Part shown: in pieces, positions 19,298 through 28,040 of the stretch | Position numbering within the stretch: position 1 is the stretch's first letter | Layout: each line of letters starts with the position of its first letter | IMG/VR virus record: IMGVR_UViG_3300037067_026753 | DNA: 64,000 nucleotides | Origin: a virus | Strand: one strand, 5' to 3' | Program-made: the position numbers and the translations under genes | Notes under the pieces: generated by a model | Databases searched by the model: none | What the model was told of the DNA's origin: nothing | What the model saw: the letters and a program-made list of their open reading frames with translations, nothing else

Positions 19298-19375
19298 ACC
19301 CTCTCTCCTTTGTTAAGTGGTTTTTCCTTTGATAGTAATTATATCGCAAGAAAACAATCTGATTGCCAAAAACAA
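19298..19375 (-). promoter_or_regulatory. cassette promoter with 5' leader (representative copy)
   Basis: Minus strand reads TTGGCAATCAGATTGTTTTCTTGCGATATAATTACTATCAAAGG...AACAAAGGAGAGAG then ATG. Confidence 0.6.
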
Positions 19376-19413
19376 AACGGGGCCCGTAGGCCCCAGGGTG
19401 AAGGGAAAGCGCA

Positions 19414-19785
19414 TTAGGCAGTTGCCAGGGCGGTGGTGTCGGCGGCCGGTGCTTTGGCAGTTTTGGTCGTCTTCTTGCTGCTTTGCTTGAAGTATTTCGC
19501 CAGGATCTTGTCGAGGTCAACCGTGTCCTCCACACCGGCGATGATTCCGCGGACGCTGCCGAGGTGGCATTTCTCGATCTGTTCACCGGTGTACGCCTTG
19601 ACCCGGTCCCCGAGTTCCTTGAGAACGCTGGTGACTTCCAGGGCTCTGCCTTTGAGAATCGCTTTCTTTTCGCCCCGGACGAAGGTGATGCAGGTTTTCT
19701 TCGCGATCATTTCGACACCGGCCGGCAGCGTGACTGCGTTCACTGCAATTGCGTTGGTGTTGGCGGTTGCGGCTTTCTTGCTCAT
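19414..19785 (-). CDS. small basic protein, paralog of 22742..23026
   Basis: The core …VTLPAGVEM…ITFVRGEKKAILKGRALEVT…IEKCHLG… is shared with the paralog. Own promoter element at 19790-19850. Confidence 0.55.
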   Translation of the reverse strand: MSKKAATANTNAIAVNAVTLPAGVEMIAKKTCITFVRGEKKAILKGRALEVTSVLKELGDRVKAYTGEQIEKCHLGSVRGIIAGVEDTVDLDKILAKYFKQSSKKTTKTAKAPAADTTALATA

Positions 19786-19842
19786 AGAAACTCCTTTGAA
19801 AAGGTTGATTGATTTGTTGTTGATAGTGATTATATCGATTGT

Positions 19843-20004
19843 TTTACGCCTGACTGCCAGCCTGTGTTTCGCTCTCTGCTGGCCTATTGTCAATTGCCAT
19901 GTCAGCCAAGAAAGAGATAAGTTGTTTTTCAGCTTGTTCTCTCTTTCTGAACCTGTCAAAGATTGCTTGTTGCTTGGGACTTGCTTTTTTATATTTGCGT
20001 TCCA
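19843..20004 (-). CDS. small ORF (MERKYKK…, about 54 aa)
   Basis: SD AGGAGGAGGA and an upstream GCGATATGA. Not in the ORF track. Confidence 0.3.
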
Positions 20005-20048
20005 TGTGAATCCTCCTCCTTCATATCGCCAGAAGAGAAAAAGGCTGC

Positions 20049-20237
20049 CTAATTGGCAGCCTGAGTACGCTGGTCAAGCCGTATTGCGCTGGGGAATTCG
20101 ATTTTCGGCGTGGTGCCCCGGGCAGCCATGATTGCGGCTTTTTCAACCTGGAACTGCGCCATTGCCAACCGGATGCTCTCTTCGATTTCACGGTTGCGCA
20201 TACGTTTCGGATATAGGGTCCTGGTTACTTCAGCCAT
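20049..20237 (-). CDS. cassette gene, hypothetical (MAEVTRTLYPK…, 62 aa)
   Basis: Element CGCGATATAGTAATTG...AACAAAGGAGAGAAAATG. Confidence 0.5.
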   Translation of the reverse strand: MAEVTRTLYPKRMRNREIEESIRLAMAQFQVEKAAIMAARGTTPKIEFPSAIRLDQRTQAAN

Positions 20238-20367
20238 TTTCTCTCCTTTGTTGAGTACAATTACTATATCGCGGGTTTTTAGTGGGCTTGCCAAATCAGC
20301 GCGGGCCCGACGAGCAAACACAAAGCTCCCACCTATAGGTAACCTATGGGCATGAGCTTGAATGTGC

Positions 20368-20647
20368 TTAGGGATTGTACCAGAACACTAGGATAAAGGT
20401 ATAACCGGTTTGAGTTTTGGCGAAGTTTTCGATGCCATAGAAGTCGATCGAAGATCTGCCAAGGTCATTGTCCTCGAGGAAATCGAGCACATTTTCTTCG
20501 CTGAGATCATTGGCAGTCGTGAGTTTGACCGGGACTCTTGACTTGTCGTTCTCATCCCGGATATCGATAATTTCTTTGGCTTTCAAATTTCTGGCAACTT
20601 GGTACAAGCTCGGCAGACTGGTAGCAATGATACCAGAAAGCGTTCAT
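20368..20647 (-). CDS. cassette gene with a frame inconsistency
   Basis: The SD-associated ATG at 20647 opens a 31-aa frame. The long 79-aa frame (20368..20607) begins with TTG in another frame. Confidence 0.3.
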
Positions 20648-20673
20648 TAACTCTCTCCTTTGTTGTGCAATAA

Positions 20674-21003
20674 CTATATCGTTGTCAGGTCCAGTGGCTG
20701 CCATAGTTCGATTTGTTCGATAGCCAGTTGCAAGTCAGCCAAGTTTTTGATTTGACCCTCCCACTGGAGTATTGGGCTTATAGGGTTCAACTTGAACCCA
20801 TGGATCGAATGGATTCTGCCACTCGGATAAATGACAAAGTCAATCTCCTCATCGTTGATTCTGTCATATATGGTGGCAAAAATTGAGGGTATGGTAGAGT
20901 CGCTGTCTTGGTGGTCAAGAAATACAGCTGTAAACCGTTTGGGCAATATGGCAGCCAGGGTTTCTTTTGTGAGAATGTGCATGTGCGAATTTAAGACATT
21001 CAT
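20674..21003 (-). CDS. cassette gene, hypothetical (109 aa)
   Basis: Intact ORF with an AAGGAG region upstream. Confidence 0.45.
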   Translation of the reverse strand: MNVLNSHMHILTKETLAAILPKRFTAVFLDHQDSDSTIPSIFATIYDRINDEEIDFVIYPSGRIHSIHGFKLNPISPILQWEGQIKNLADLQLAIEQIELWQPLDLTTI

Positions 21004-21064
21004 GGTGTCATTTTCTCCTTGTTAAGCGTAATAACGTAAGGGGGCGGTTTGACCGCCAACCCTT

Positions 21065-21130
21065 AGCCCTCAATTGCTCCAACGCCCATGAGCACCAGAA
21101 TGCCAACCAAGTAGATCCCCATAACCATAA
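21065..21130 (-). CDS. 21-aa hydrophobic micro-protein (MVMGIYLVGILVLMGVGAIEG)
   Basis: Has its own complete promoter/SD cassette (CACGATATCAAC...AACAAAGGAGAGAGTT then ATG). Confidence 0.35.
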
Positions 21131-21436
21131 CTCTCTCCTTTGTTGTGGTGTAGAGTTGATATCGTGCGTTTTGTGTTTGGCAACCAACACAGTTTCGGGC
21201 GATATAGTTAATACTGCTAAACGGCGAGGGCTTGTGCAGGGAGATCGGGGTAGTGTATTTGCTAAACTTGCTTGCTTACGCGTTATACGCTCTTGTACTT
21301 GCATACGCCTGCGCTTGTATACGCACTATAGCGCTTATAAAAACAAAAAAGGTAGGAGCCAAAGGCGCCCTGCCTGGGCACTCATTGGCTACCTACCAGT
21401 TAAAGGAGAGAGAGATTTTGAGGTGAATTTCGCTTG

Positions 21437-21805
21437 TTATGCGGCTGCAATTTTTTCTCTGGCAGTCATGACTTTTGCAGCCAAGTCCGTGAACCGAGTT
21501 TCTTCCTCAGCAAGTTTCTTTTTATATTCAGCTTCGATCGCTGCCATGCGATCAGCATGATCTTGATGAACATCACCCGCATGCTCAATCAAGTCATAGG
21601 CAGAGTAGATATCGTCAGCGTAAGCGCTGTAGCCCATGCCAGGGCCTGAGCGGCTCAACTTGCTGTGTGGCACGTTGACAAGTACGATTCTTGCCTTAGA
21701 GTACTTTTTGCGATCATTGGCAATGCGCGTCTTGACTTCTTCTTTGTCAGATGAATAGATGCCCGTGAAATGCAGGCCTTGAGCGTGTGCTTGTTGTTCG
21801 TTCAT
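21437..21805 (-). CDS. cassette gene, hypothetical (start MNEQQAH)
   Basis: Element at 21806-21850. Confidence 0.5.
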   Translation of the reverse strand: MNEQQAHAQGLHFTGIYSSDKEEVKTRIANDRKKYSKARIVLVNVPHSKLSRSGPGMGYSAYADDIYSAYDLIEHAGDVHQDHADRMAAIEAEYKKKLAEEETRFTDLAAKVMTAREKIAAA

Positions 21806-21834
21806 AGTTTTGCTCTCCTTTTGTTTGATAAGAG

Positions 21835-22242
21835 CTATATCGAGCGTTTCCGGCATGCATGCCATTGATCAATTGCTTTTTGTACGCTGTTTGGCATGCT
21901 GTCTGCCAGTTCTTCGTCATTCATTACCATGTCAAGAGCATCTTCGGCAGCTTTGAGTCTTGCTTTATCAACTGCAAGACATTTTCGTGTCTCATCGCTT
22001 GATGGCTGGAATGTATTCCCTTCATCACCAACTTCAATAAGGCCTTCATGGATCAAGCCGGAAAGCTGTGTGGCAATTTCATACATTTCACATTCCATAC
22101 CCTGTGACTTCAGGTAGGAATAAATCTCTTTGGCAGTCACTGGCGCCACAGCATAGATATACTCTTTGATAACGGACCTTCGAATTGCAAGACCCTTGTT
22201 TGCTTGTATTTCTTCAGCAGTCTTTCGAATTTTCTTATCCAT
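21835..22242 (-). CDS. cassette gene, possible winged-helix protein
   Basis: Element CTCGATATAGCTTCTATCACCAACAAGGAGAGAAACG then ATG. Confidence 0.5.
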   Translation of the reverse strand: MDKKIRKTAEEIQANKGLAIRRSVIKEYIYAVAPVTAKEIYSYLKSQGMECEMYEIATQLSGLIHEGLIEVGDEGNTFQPSSDETRKCLAVDKARLKAAEDALDMVMNDEELADSMPNSVQKAIDQWHACRKRSI

Positions 22243-22481
22243 CGTTTCTCTCCTTGTTGGTGATAGAAGCTATATCGAGCGTTGAGCGGGCTTTGCCAAA
22301 TCGCGTTTGAGCAAAAGCATACTTTGGTGTATATAAGGCCCTGCATCACTTGTAACGGCGCAATTGATGGCGACTTGCAGCGGGACACGGCACATTCTTG
22401 CATAGTCTCTTGCCCAGTTCATTGCCATGGCTTGAGTTTTTCTTCGCCTATTTGTGCAATCCATTCAAGATCAAGTTGAGC

Positions 22482-22631
22482 GCTCATTGTCTGCCCTCTT
22501 TCTTGAGGATTGCATGCAAGACATACAAGTCGATTATTTCTCTGTTGAGTTGACGTACTTGTTCAGTCACGCCAGCTTTTTGTACTACGTGGAGCAGTTT
22601 GAGTTTTGATTCGATTTGAAGTTCAAAGTTC
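22482..22631 (-). CDS. small cassette ORF (49 aa, MNFELQIES…)
   Basis: Element at 22632-22670. Below the ORF-track size cutoff. Confidence 0.35.
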
Positions 22632-22741
22632 ATACTTTATCTCCTTGTACTGACTATATCGAGAGCAAAAGCACAAGCCGCCATAAAACAAAAAGAGCCC
22701 TGGAGTTAACCAGAGCTCTTCCTGCCCGTGGAATTGGCAGC

Positions 22742-23026
22742 TTACTTGTAATAGGCGGCCAGGATTTTGGTCAGGTCGATGGCATCGGCCACGCCACGGA
22801 CGACGCCCTTGATCGCGCCGAGGTGGCATTTTTCGATGATTTCCTCGGTGTACGTTTCGATGCGCTTGAGCGTCTTGGGCGTGTTGGTGACTTCCAGGGC
22901 CCGGCCCTTGAGCACCGCTTTCTTTTCACCGCGGATGAACGTGATCGCGGATTTGCCGGGTTTCATTTCCACGCCCTTGGGCAGCGTAACGGCATTCAGG
23001 TCAATGGCGGCAACTGCTTTACTCAT
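22742..23026 (-). CDS. small basic protein, paralog of 19414..19785
   Basis: See the paralog entry. Confidence 0.55.
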   Translation of the reverse strand: MSKAVAAIDLNAVTLPKGVEMKPGKSAITFIRGEKKAVLKGRALEVTNTPKTLKRIETYTEEIIEKCHLGAIKGVVRGVADAIDLTKILAAYYK

Positions 23027-23159
23027 AGTAACTCCTTGAAAAGGTTGTGTTCCTCCTGATAGAGGTTATGTCGCATGTTTTTGCAGGACCTGCCAATGTA
23101 CTTACTTGTAGTATTGCTGCTACGCGCGTATAGCGCGCACGCAAGCGCTTGAGCACAAA

Positions 23160-23218
23160 CAAAAAAGGTAGGGAGTTACAAGGGTGTTGAGCACCCATTG
23201 GCTACCTACCATGTGTAT
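23160..23218 (-). terminator. intrinsic terminator (repeated element, copy B)
   Basis: Minus strand GGTAGGTAGCCAATGGGTGCTCAACACCC...CCCTACC followed by TTTTTTGTTTGT. A near-identical copy lies at 21350-21405. Confidence 0.55.
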
Positions 23219-23379
23219 TAAGTTAGAAAGAAGAATTCGTCCAGCGAACTTGCAGTGTTGAGAGCGATTGCCAGATTGAGAAAGTCTTCTTGGCCAATTA
23301 CTGTGTCACGGTCAGGCCGTCCACCCAGGAACGGGATACTTACTGGTATCTGGTATTTTGTTTTTTGTGTGCGTTCCAT
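23218..23379 (-). CDS. small cassette ORF (53 aa)
   Basis: Element CTCGATATAGTTTTTAACAACTAACAAGGAGAGAGAGTT then ATG. Confidence 0.4.
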   Translation of the reverse strand: MERTQKTKYQIPVSIPFLGGRPDRDTVIGQEDFLNLAIALNTASSLDEFFFLT

Positions 23380-23552
23380 AACTCTCTCTCCTTGTTAGTT
23401 GTTAAAAACTATATCGAGAGATTTTGAGTAACTACCAACATAGCTACGACTGTGCGTAGCACAACAAGTCGTTATTATATATTGTACCATTAAGTGTAGT
23501 GCAATAAAACAGCGCTGGGCCCCGTAGGGCCCTTGGCTGTAAGGAGAGAAAG

Positions 23553-24197
23553 TTATTTGATATAAGGTTTGGATTTGCCACAGAGTGCCCGGAGTTGTGC
23601 CACATTGGCAGCATTGCCGGCAATTTTGTAGAGCCGTTCATCGAAACCTTCCTTCAGTTCGTACTTCATGACCGTCTGGAAGAACTTGCTGAAGTTGGCA
23701 CCGAGCAATTTTGTCAGCTCTGCTTTCAAGACAGCATCCTCGAAAACTTCGGGTTTGAGGGTGACAATCGGTTTTGTCTTGACTTCGACAGCGAACTGGT
23801 CGCCGAGCAAGACCTTGAGTGTGTCGATTGCGTCGGTTGAAACTGAGAACTTGTCCTGGGAGATGAAGGTGGCTTTCGTCTTGCCGTCGTCGCTCAGTAC
23901 TGAATAGGACCCGGAAAAATCGCCTGCAAGGCCGTCGGTATCCTGGCGGTTCAAGCAGAGTTCCAGCAGGGGTCCTTCCTCGGACCGGAAGGTACCTTCG
24001 GCGGCTTTCATTTCGCGTTTGGCTTTCAGCATTTTCTCCAGTTTTGCTGACTGAGCCGCATCCAGCTTGATGACAGGTTTTTTGTCCTTGGATTTGACGG
24101 CATCCGGGGAAATTGTGGATGTGCCGACCATTTGTTCGAATGACAGATCGGTATTTGCCGTTGCAACGGCAACTGGATCTGCTTTTCTTTTGGCCAT
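23553..24197 (-). CDS. cassette gene, hypothetical (214 aa)
   Basis: Element with GACATAGTG...AAAGGAG. Confidence 0.5.
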   Translation of the reverse strand: MAKRKADPVAVATANTDLSFEQMVGTSTISPDAVKSKDKKPVIKLDAAQSAKLEKMLKAKREMKAAEGTFRSEEGPLLELCLNRQDTDGLAGDFSGSYSVLSDDGKTKATFISQDKFSVSTDAIDTLKVLLGDQFAVEVKTKPIVTLKPEVFEDAVLKAELTKLLGANFSKFFQTVMKYELKEGFDERLYKIAGNAANVAQLRALCGKSKPYIK

Positions 24198-24339
24198 AGA
24201 AACTCCTTTGGTTAAAGTACGTTCACTATGTCGCTCAATTTTGGCTGGGCTGCCTTGAAATGTTTTCTGTGTTCGTGACAGTAACCCATGATATCTCTCC
24301 TTGTTAGAAGCTATATCGTGAGTTTATACTGTTTTGCCA

Positions 24340-24555
24340 TTAATGCGGGCAGTCACATTGGGGCCCAAGTAAAGAGGAGCATCTTGGGCAAAGGACAATG
24401 TCTTTGAAATACTCAATGACAAGCAAGTCGTCGTCAAGTGGCAGGAAATTGTCGAGGATAATCTCTTGCACTCGGTCAACAGTTTCTTCATTGAGACCCA
24501 GCTGGTTTATAACGGCTTCAGCTGTTTCCAGTAAAGTATCAGCTACATTGCTCAT
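24340..24555 (-). CDS. hypothetical protein (start MSNVADT); second gene of a two-gene cassette
   Basis: SD GGGAGATG. No promoter element of its own. Confidence 0.45.
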   Translation of the reverse strand: MSNVADTLLETAEAVINQLGLNEETVDRVQEIILDNFLPLDDDLLVIEYFKDIVLCPRCSSLLGPQCDCPH

Positions 24556-24643
24556 AAACATCTCCCTACCAGCATGCCGCCGATAAAAGCAACTGTGCTG
24601 CACATAACAAGTATGAGCAGCAAGTATTTTGCTTTTGGGTGTT

Positions 24644-25051
24644 TCATTTGCCCGACCTGCAATTGGCATTACTTCGTGTTTTTTCTTCTTCTTTGAAGTT
24701 GATGCTCAAGCCATCGTTAGGCATGGTCAAGTTCGCTTCCGTGCCGCAAGAGCAAACATAACGCATTGAACTCACACGGCCATTACCACCGCCGCCTGTA
24801 CTCTCCATGTTTTTATGGCATTTGGGACATTTGATCTTGATGAAGAGTTTCATGACGTCGAAGATACTATTACAAGTCGAGTGCCAGTCGATGTCGTGTT
24901 TGGTCATGTACTGGATTGCTTCGACTCGATAATTATCTCGGGTAGCATGTTCGAAGAAGTCACGTTCAATGAGTGCTGTCTGATCAACTTCGAGTTCGCC
25001 TAACTGCAGGCGTACACCGGGGCATTTTTTCTGAAAATCTTTGAGTTTCAT
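24644..25051 (-). CDS. Zn-ribbon/zinc-finger protein
   Basis: CPKCHKNMEST…CSCG Cys clusters. Element at 25052-25110. Confidence 0.5.
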   Translation of the reverse strand: MKLKDFQKKCPGVRLQLGELEVDQTALIERDFFEHATRDNYRVEAIQYMTKHDIDWHSTCNSIFDVMKLFIKIKCPKCHKNMESTGGGGNGRVSSMRYVCSCGTEANLTMPNDGLSINFKEEEKTRSNANCRSGK

Positions 25052-25239
25052 AATGGTTTCTCTCCTTTGTTACTAGCTATATCGTGCGCTGTTGAGTTAC
25101 AGCCAAACAAAGCTCCCCGCATTTTACGTTTGGCATGTCTACCGGAGTTTCCGAAGTATTTGAGTACTTGGGAAACTCCGCATGCCGCCCCAACCAGCAG
25201 AATGGCTGTTGTGCAAGGGAGCTTTGTTAAGCTGCCTTG

Positions 25240-25590
25240 TTATTTATCACTCAGCAACATGTAAGCTGCCATTACTTTATCAAACATTGCACGATTCTTA
25301 TCATTGGCGTTACTGGCATCATGAGAAAAATTGTCTTGCCGGTATTTGAGCACCAGTCTAGCCATTGCTTTACGGATTTCAGTAACGGTGGCAGTTTCAG
25401 ACACGCCCAAAATAATGTGAGGAGATTCTCCATGCTGGAGGATCTGAAGCGCTTGTTCTCGGCTCATTTTTATGAAATTGAATGCTTGCGCCCATTGCTC
25501 TGGGTTGCCAGCTTCACCGTTGTATGTACCGTAGGGTGAAGAGTCTTTCCAGATATTGCGCTTTGGTTTGCCGGTTCTGGTTCGTGGCAT
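25240..25590 (-). CDS. J-like domain protein (degenerate DnaJ J-domain without HPD)
   Basis: HIILGVSETATVTEIRKAMARLVLKYRQD resembles the J-domain YYEILGV…IKKAYRKLA..YHPD, with the HPD motif replaced. Confidence 0.45.
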   Translation of the reverse strand: MPRTRTGKPKRNIWKDSSPYGTYNGEAGNPEQWAQAFNFIKMSREQALQILQHGESPHIILGVSETATVTEIRKAMARLVLKYRQDNFSHDASNANDKNRAMFDKVMAAYMLLSDK

Positions 25591-25650
25591 GGTTATCTCT
25601 CCTTGTTAGTAGCTATATCGTGGGTTACTGTTTGAGTTGCCGGTATTTCC
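25591..25650 (-). promoter_or_regulatory. cassette promoter with 5' leader (representative copy)
   Basis: Minus strand CACGATATAGCTACTAACAAGGAGAGATAACC then ATG. Confidence 0.6.
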
Positions 25651-25867
25651 AATTGGAGTAGTTGAACTCCAACTTGAGCGTTTCCGGGAGCAACCTGAAC
25701 GTTTGTGTTGTCAACATGGGTACATTTGCACTGTCTTCAAGCCGTTGAGCAACCAGTAGCAAGTCGTGTACCCTTGAAAGTTGCTCAGGGGTGTACTCTT
25801 CCGGAGCATCCATGTCCGTACAACCAAGTTGATCGCCATCTTTTTTGGGTGTAATTTTGTTTGCCAT
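25625..25867 (-). CDS. cassette gene, hypothetical (start MANKITPKK)
   Basis: Element at 25868-25900. Confidence 0.5.
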   Translation of the reverse strand: MANKITPKKDGDQLGCTDMDAPEEYTPEQLSRVHDLLLVAQRLEDSANVPMLTTQTFRLLPETLKLEFNYSNWKYRQLKQ

Positions 25868-25911
25868 ACTCTCTCCTTTGTTAGTAACTATATCGTGAGC
25901 TACAGAGAGAG

Positions 25912-26289
25912 TTACCGAGTGTAAGCAGGCAAGTTTGCAGTCCACTCTTGAGAGTCAGTCAACTTAGACAAGACCGCGAAAAATATGTCATCATAGACTT
26001 CCAGGATTTTCTTGCCCAGTTTTGTACGCAGTTTGCCAGCGTATTTGAACTTGCCCTCGTCCGTGAATACATACACGGTTTCTTTTTCTGTCTTGACGAC
26101 AAACCAGGAAATGCTGTGGTGTTGTTTTTTGAAGAACGATAACGTACCAGTAGTGGTGCCGTCCGAAATACTTAATGCGCCCTCGACTTGCTGTGGATTG
26201 GCTTCAAGATTATCTGCTATAGCTCGTGAGGAAAGTTCTTTATCTACGGCGCTCAAGGCAACTGTTTTGGGAGCCATTACCCTTACCAT
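25912..26289 (-). CDS. cassette gene, hypothetical
   Basis: Element TGCGATATTGATGCATGTAATAAGGAGGTTCT then ATG. Confidence 0.5.
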   Translation of the reverse strand: MVRVMAPKTVALSAVDKELSSRAIADNLEANPQQVEGALSISDGTTTGTLSFFKKQHHSISWFVVKTEKETVYVFTDEGKFKYAGKLRTKLGKKILEVYDDIFFAVLSKLTDSQEWTANLPAYTR

Positions 26290-26424
26290 AGAACCTCCTT
26301 ATTACATGCATCAATATCGCAGAAACTCAGTAAAACTGCCACATAGCTACGACCCAGTGTAGCACATACAAATAGAGCCACAGGTAGACCCATGGCCCTC
26401 AATTACTTGTTGTGTTAGTCCGGC

Positions 26425-26739
26425 TTACGCTGCATGAGCGATGGCGAGTCTGGGTGCCGCAATTGCCGGTGCAGTTTTGATAGCATCTTCGAGTCGTGAG
26501 CGCCCGTATTTGCGACCCTTAAGGCCCATGGAATCAAGATGTTTGCATGAGCCATGACGGATATTGCCCCGGCAACTGCACGTCCAGTAGCCGCCGGCTG
26601 AATCGAAGGAAACCCGGTAAAGCGAATTGCTTGACTGGGACCGCACGTTGAAGCGGCATTTGTATCGGCTGTCATCCGGGAATGTTTCAACTGCGGCTGC
26701 CGGCACCAGGTAATTGGTTGTTGCTATTGCGTTGTTCAT
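26425..26739 (-). CDS. SWIM-type zinc-finger protein (paralog A)
   Basis: CSCRGNIRHGSCKH fits CxCx9CxH. Confidence 0.5.
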   Translation of the reverse strand: MNNAIATTNYLVPAAAVETFPDDSRYKCRFNVRSQSSNSLYRVSFDSAGGYWTCSCRGNIRHGSCKHLDSMGLKGRKYGRSRLEDAIKTAPAIAAPRLAIAHAA

Positions 26740-26795
26740 AACTCTCTCCTTGTTATTGGTGTAATAGCTATATCGTGAGTTATGTAACAACTGCC

Positions 26796-27080
26796 TTACA
26801 GGCCAAAGGTTTCAAGCGCCTTTATTACCGTTGCACAGTCATTGGCGTTGTAGTCAAGTGAGCCTTCAATGTCGGCAGCCAGAATCCGGATGCAATCATC
26901 GATCAATTCGATTTCTTCAGGAGTGCTTGCATAGGCGCTCTTGTTTTCTGAGTAGCCGTGGTAGAATTCCTGCAAGCAATGTTCGTTGGGATCGAGTTCC
27001 TGCCAGTCGCTCTGTTCGGCTTGCTTCGAAAAGTGGTCAATCACGTGGAGTTCGAGTTCGGTACGTTCGTGTGCGTGCAT
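26796..27080 (-). CDS. acidic small protein (start MHAHERT)
   Basis: Element TTGGCA-N17-CGCGATATAATTCTTATCAACAAAGGAGAGAAAACA then ATG. Confidence 0.5.
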   Translation of the reverse strand: MHAHERTELELHVIDHFSKQAEQSDWQELDPNEHCLQEFYHGYSENKSAYASTPEEIELIDDCIRILAADIEGSLDYNANDCATVIKALETFGL

Positions 27081-27430
27081 TGTTTTCTCTCCTTTGTTGA
27101 TAAGAATTATATCGCGAGTAGCAATTGGGTTGCCAAACAAAACAACAGCCATTGAGCTAAAACAAGTTGAGGCCCAGCCAACATTGCTTTTTGGTTGACT
27201 GGAGCCCCGATTCGTAGTAATTCGACCGACGCCGGTTTGTTCAACGGTGGTTTAGAAAACTCTTGCCTTAAAGGAATCCGGTTGGATACCCTTGCGGCAC
27301 CAGCCGCAGTACGATGGTTCGCGTCGGTTTGGCGTCGATTCGGCTGCAGGGGACCAGAGCCACCGCGGCGGTTGCCAGCGTCCTGGCAATCATTCGGATA
27401 GTCTCGGCCGCGTTCTGGCGATCATCGATA

Positions 27431-27484
27431 ATAAAAAAACCATTCAACATTTCGCGGTCCCTCTCGCCGATTGTTCAGAAATGG
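27431..27484 (-). terminator. intrinsic terminator inside a GC-rich non-coding gap
   Basis: Minus strand CCATTTCTGAACAATCGGCGAGAGGGACCGCGAAATGTTGAATGG followed by TTTTTTTATT. Confidence 0.5.
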
Positions 27485-27624
27485 CCCCTCGGGTTTTTTT
27501 GCCGGTACCCCGGGGCGTTGTTTTGTACCTTATTAATATCGAGTGTTTAGTTTTTGACTGCCTTAATTTTTTTTAAAAAAACGTTTGACCATTATACGCT
27601 CTTGCTGCGCGTCCATATCTCTCC

Positions 27625-27996
27625 TTAAAAGAAAAACGCCATTACTTCTTGCGGCGTTGTAGTTGCTGTCATGATTTTTTCGATATCAATAACGTCCTGC
27701 GGTTTATATCGTATGTTTTTCTTATCGAGCCAAGCTCTTATTGCATCCATACGAGATTTTTTCATGGCACCAGAGAATTCTGTCCGATTATATGTGGCAG
27801 CAATTTGAGCTTCAAGATTGTTAAGAAAGCCTTTTTTCTCTGCTTGGCGGTAGTGTCTGCACAACTTGCGGAACCCAAAGCCCTTGCATGAACAACTGTC
27901 GTGAGTTACTTTGTATGTGTGCCCTGAGCCAGAGACGCACTCGACGTACCCTTGCTTGAGGGTAAATATGTCGGGTCCTTGTGGTTTATAGCCCAT
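27625..27996 (-). CDS. SWIM-type zinc-finger protein (paralog B)
   Basis: SCSCKGFGFRKLCRHY fits CxCx9CxH. Element at 28000-28030. Confidence 0.5.
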   Translation of the reverse strand: MGYKPQGPDIFTLKQGYVECVSGSGHTYKVTHDSCSCKGFGFRKLCRHYRQAEKKGFLNNLEAQIAATYNRTEFSGAMKKSRMDAIRAWLDKKNIRYKPQDVIDIEKIMTATTTPQEVMAFFF

Positions 27997-28040
27997 AACA
28001 TCTCTCCTTGTTAAAAACTATATCGAGAGTTTTTTGGGGG

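Noticed and set aside
19221-20131. ORF-track calls 19221..19586 (-), 19433..20131 (+) and 19483..19812 (+), and similar long antisense ORFs (22616..23059 +, 33511..34380 +, 36310..36873 +, 37232..38023 +)
   Set aside because: They lie antisense to, or out of frame with, genes that have clear promoter/SD elements. They lack SDs and have G/C-biased random-looking products. These are spurious ORFs from the higher-GC island.
27200-27480. tmRNA-like element (the minus strand ends …CGAATCGGGGCTCCA)
   Set aside because: No tag ORF ending in LAA-stop, no complementary 5' acceptor strand, and no resume-codon context.
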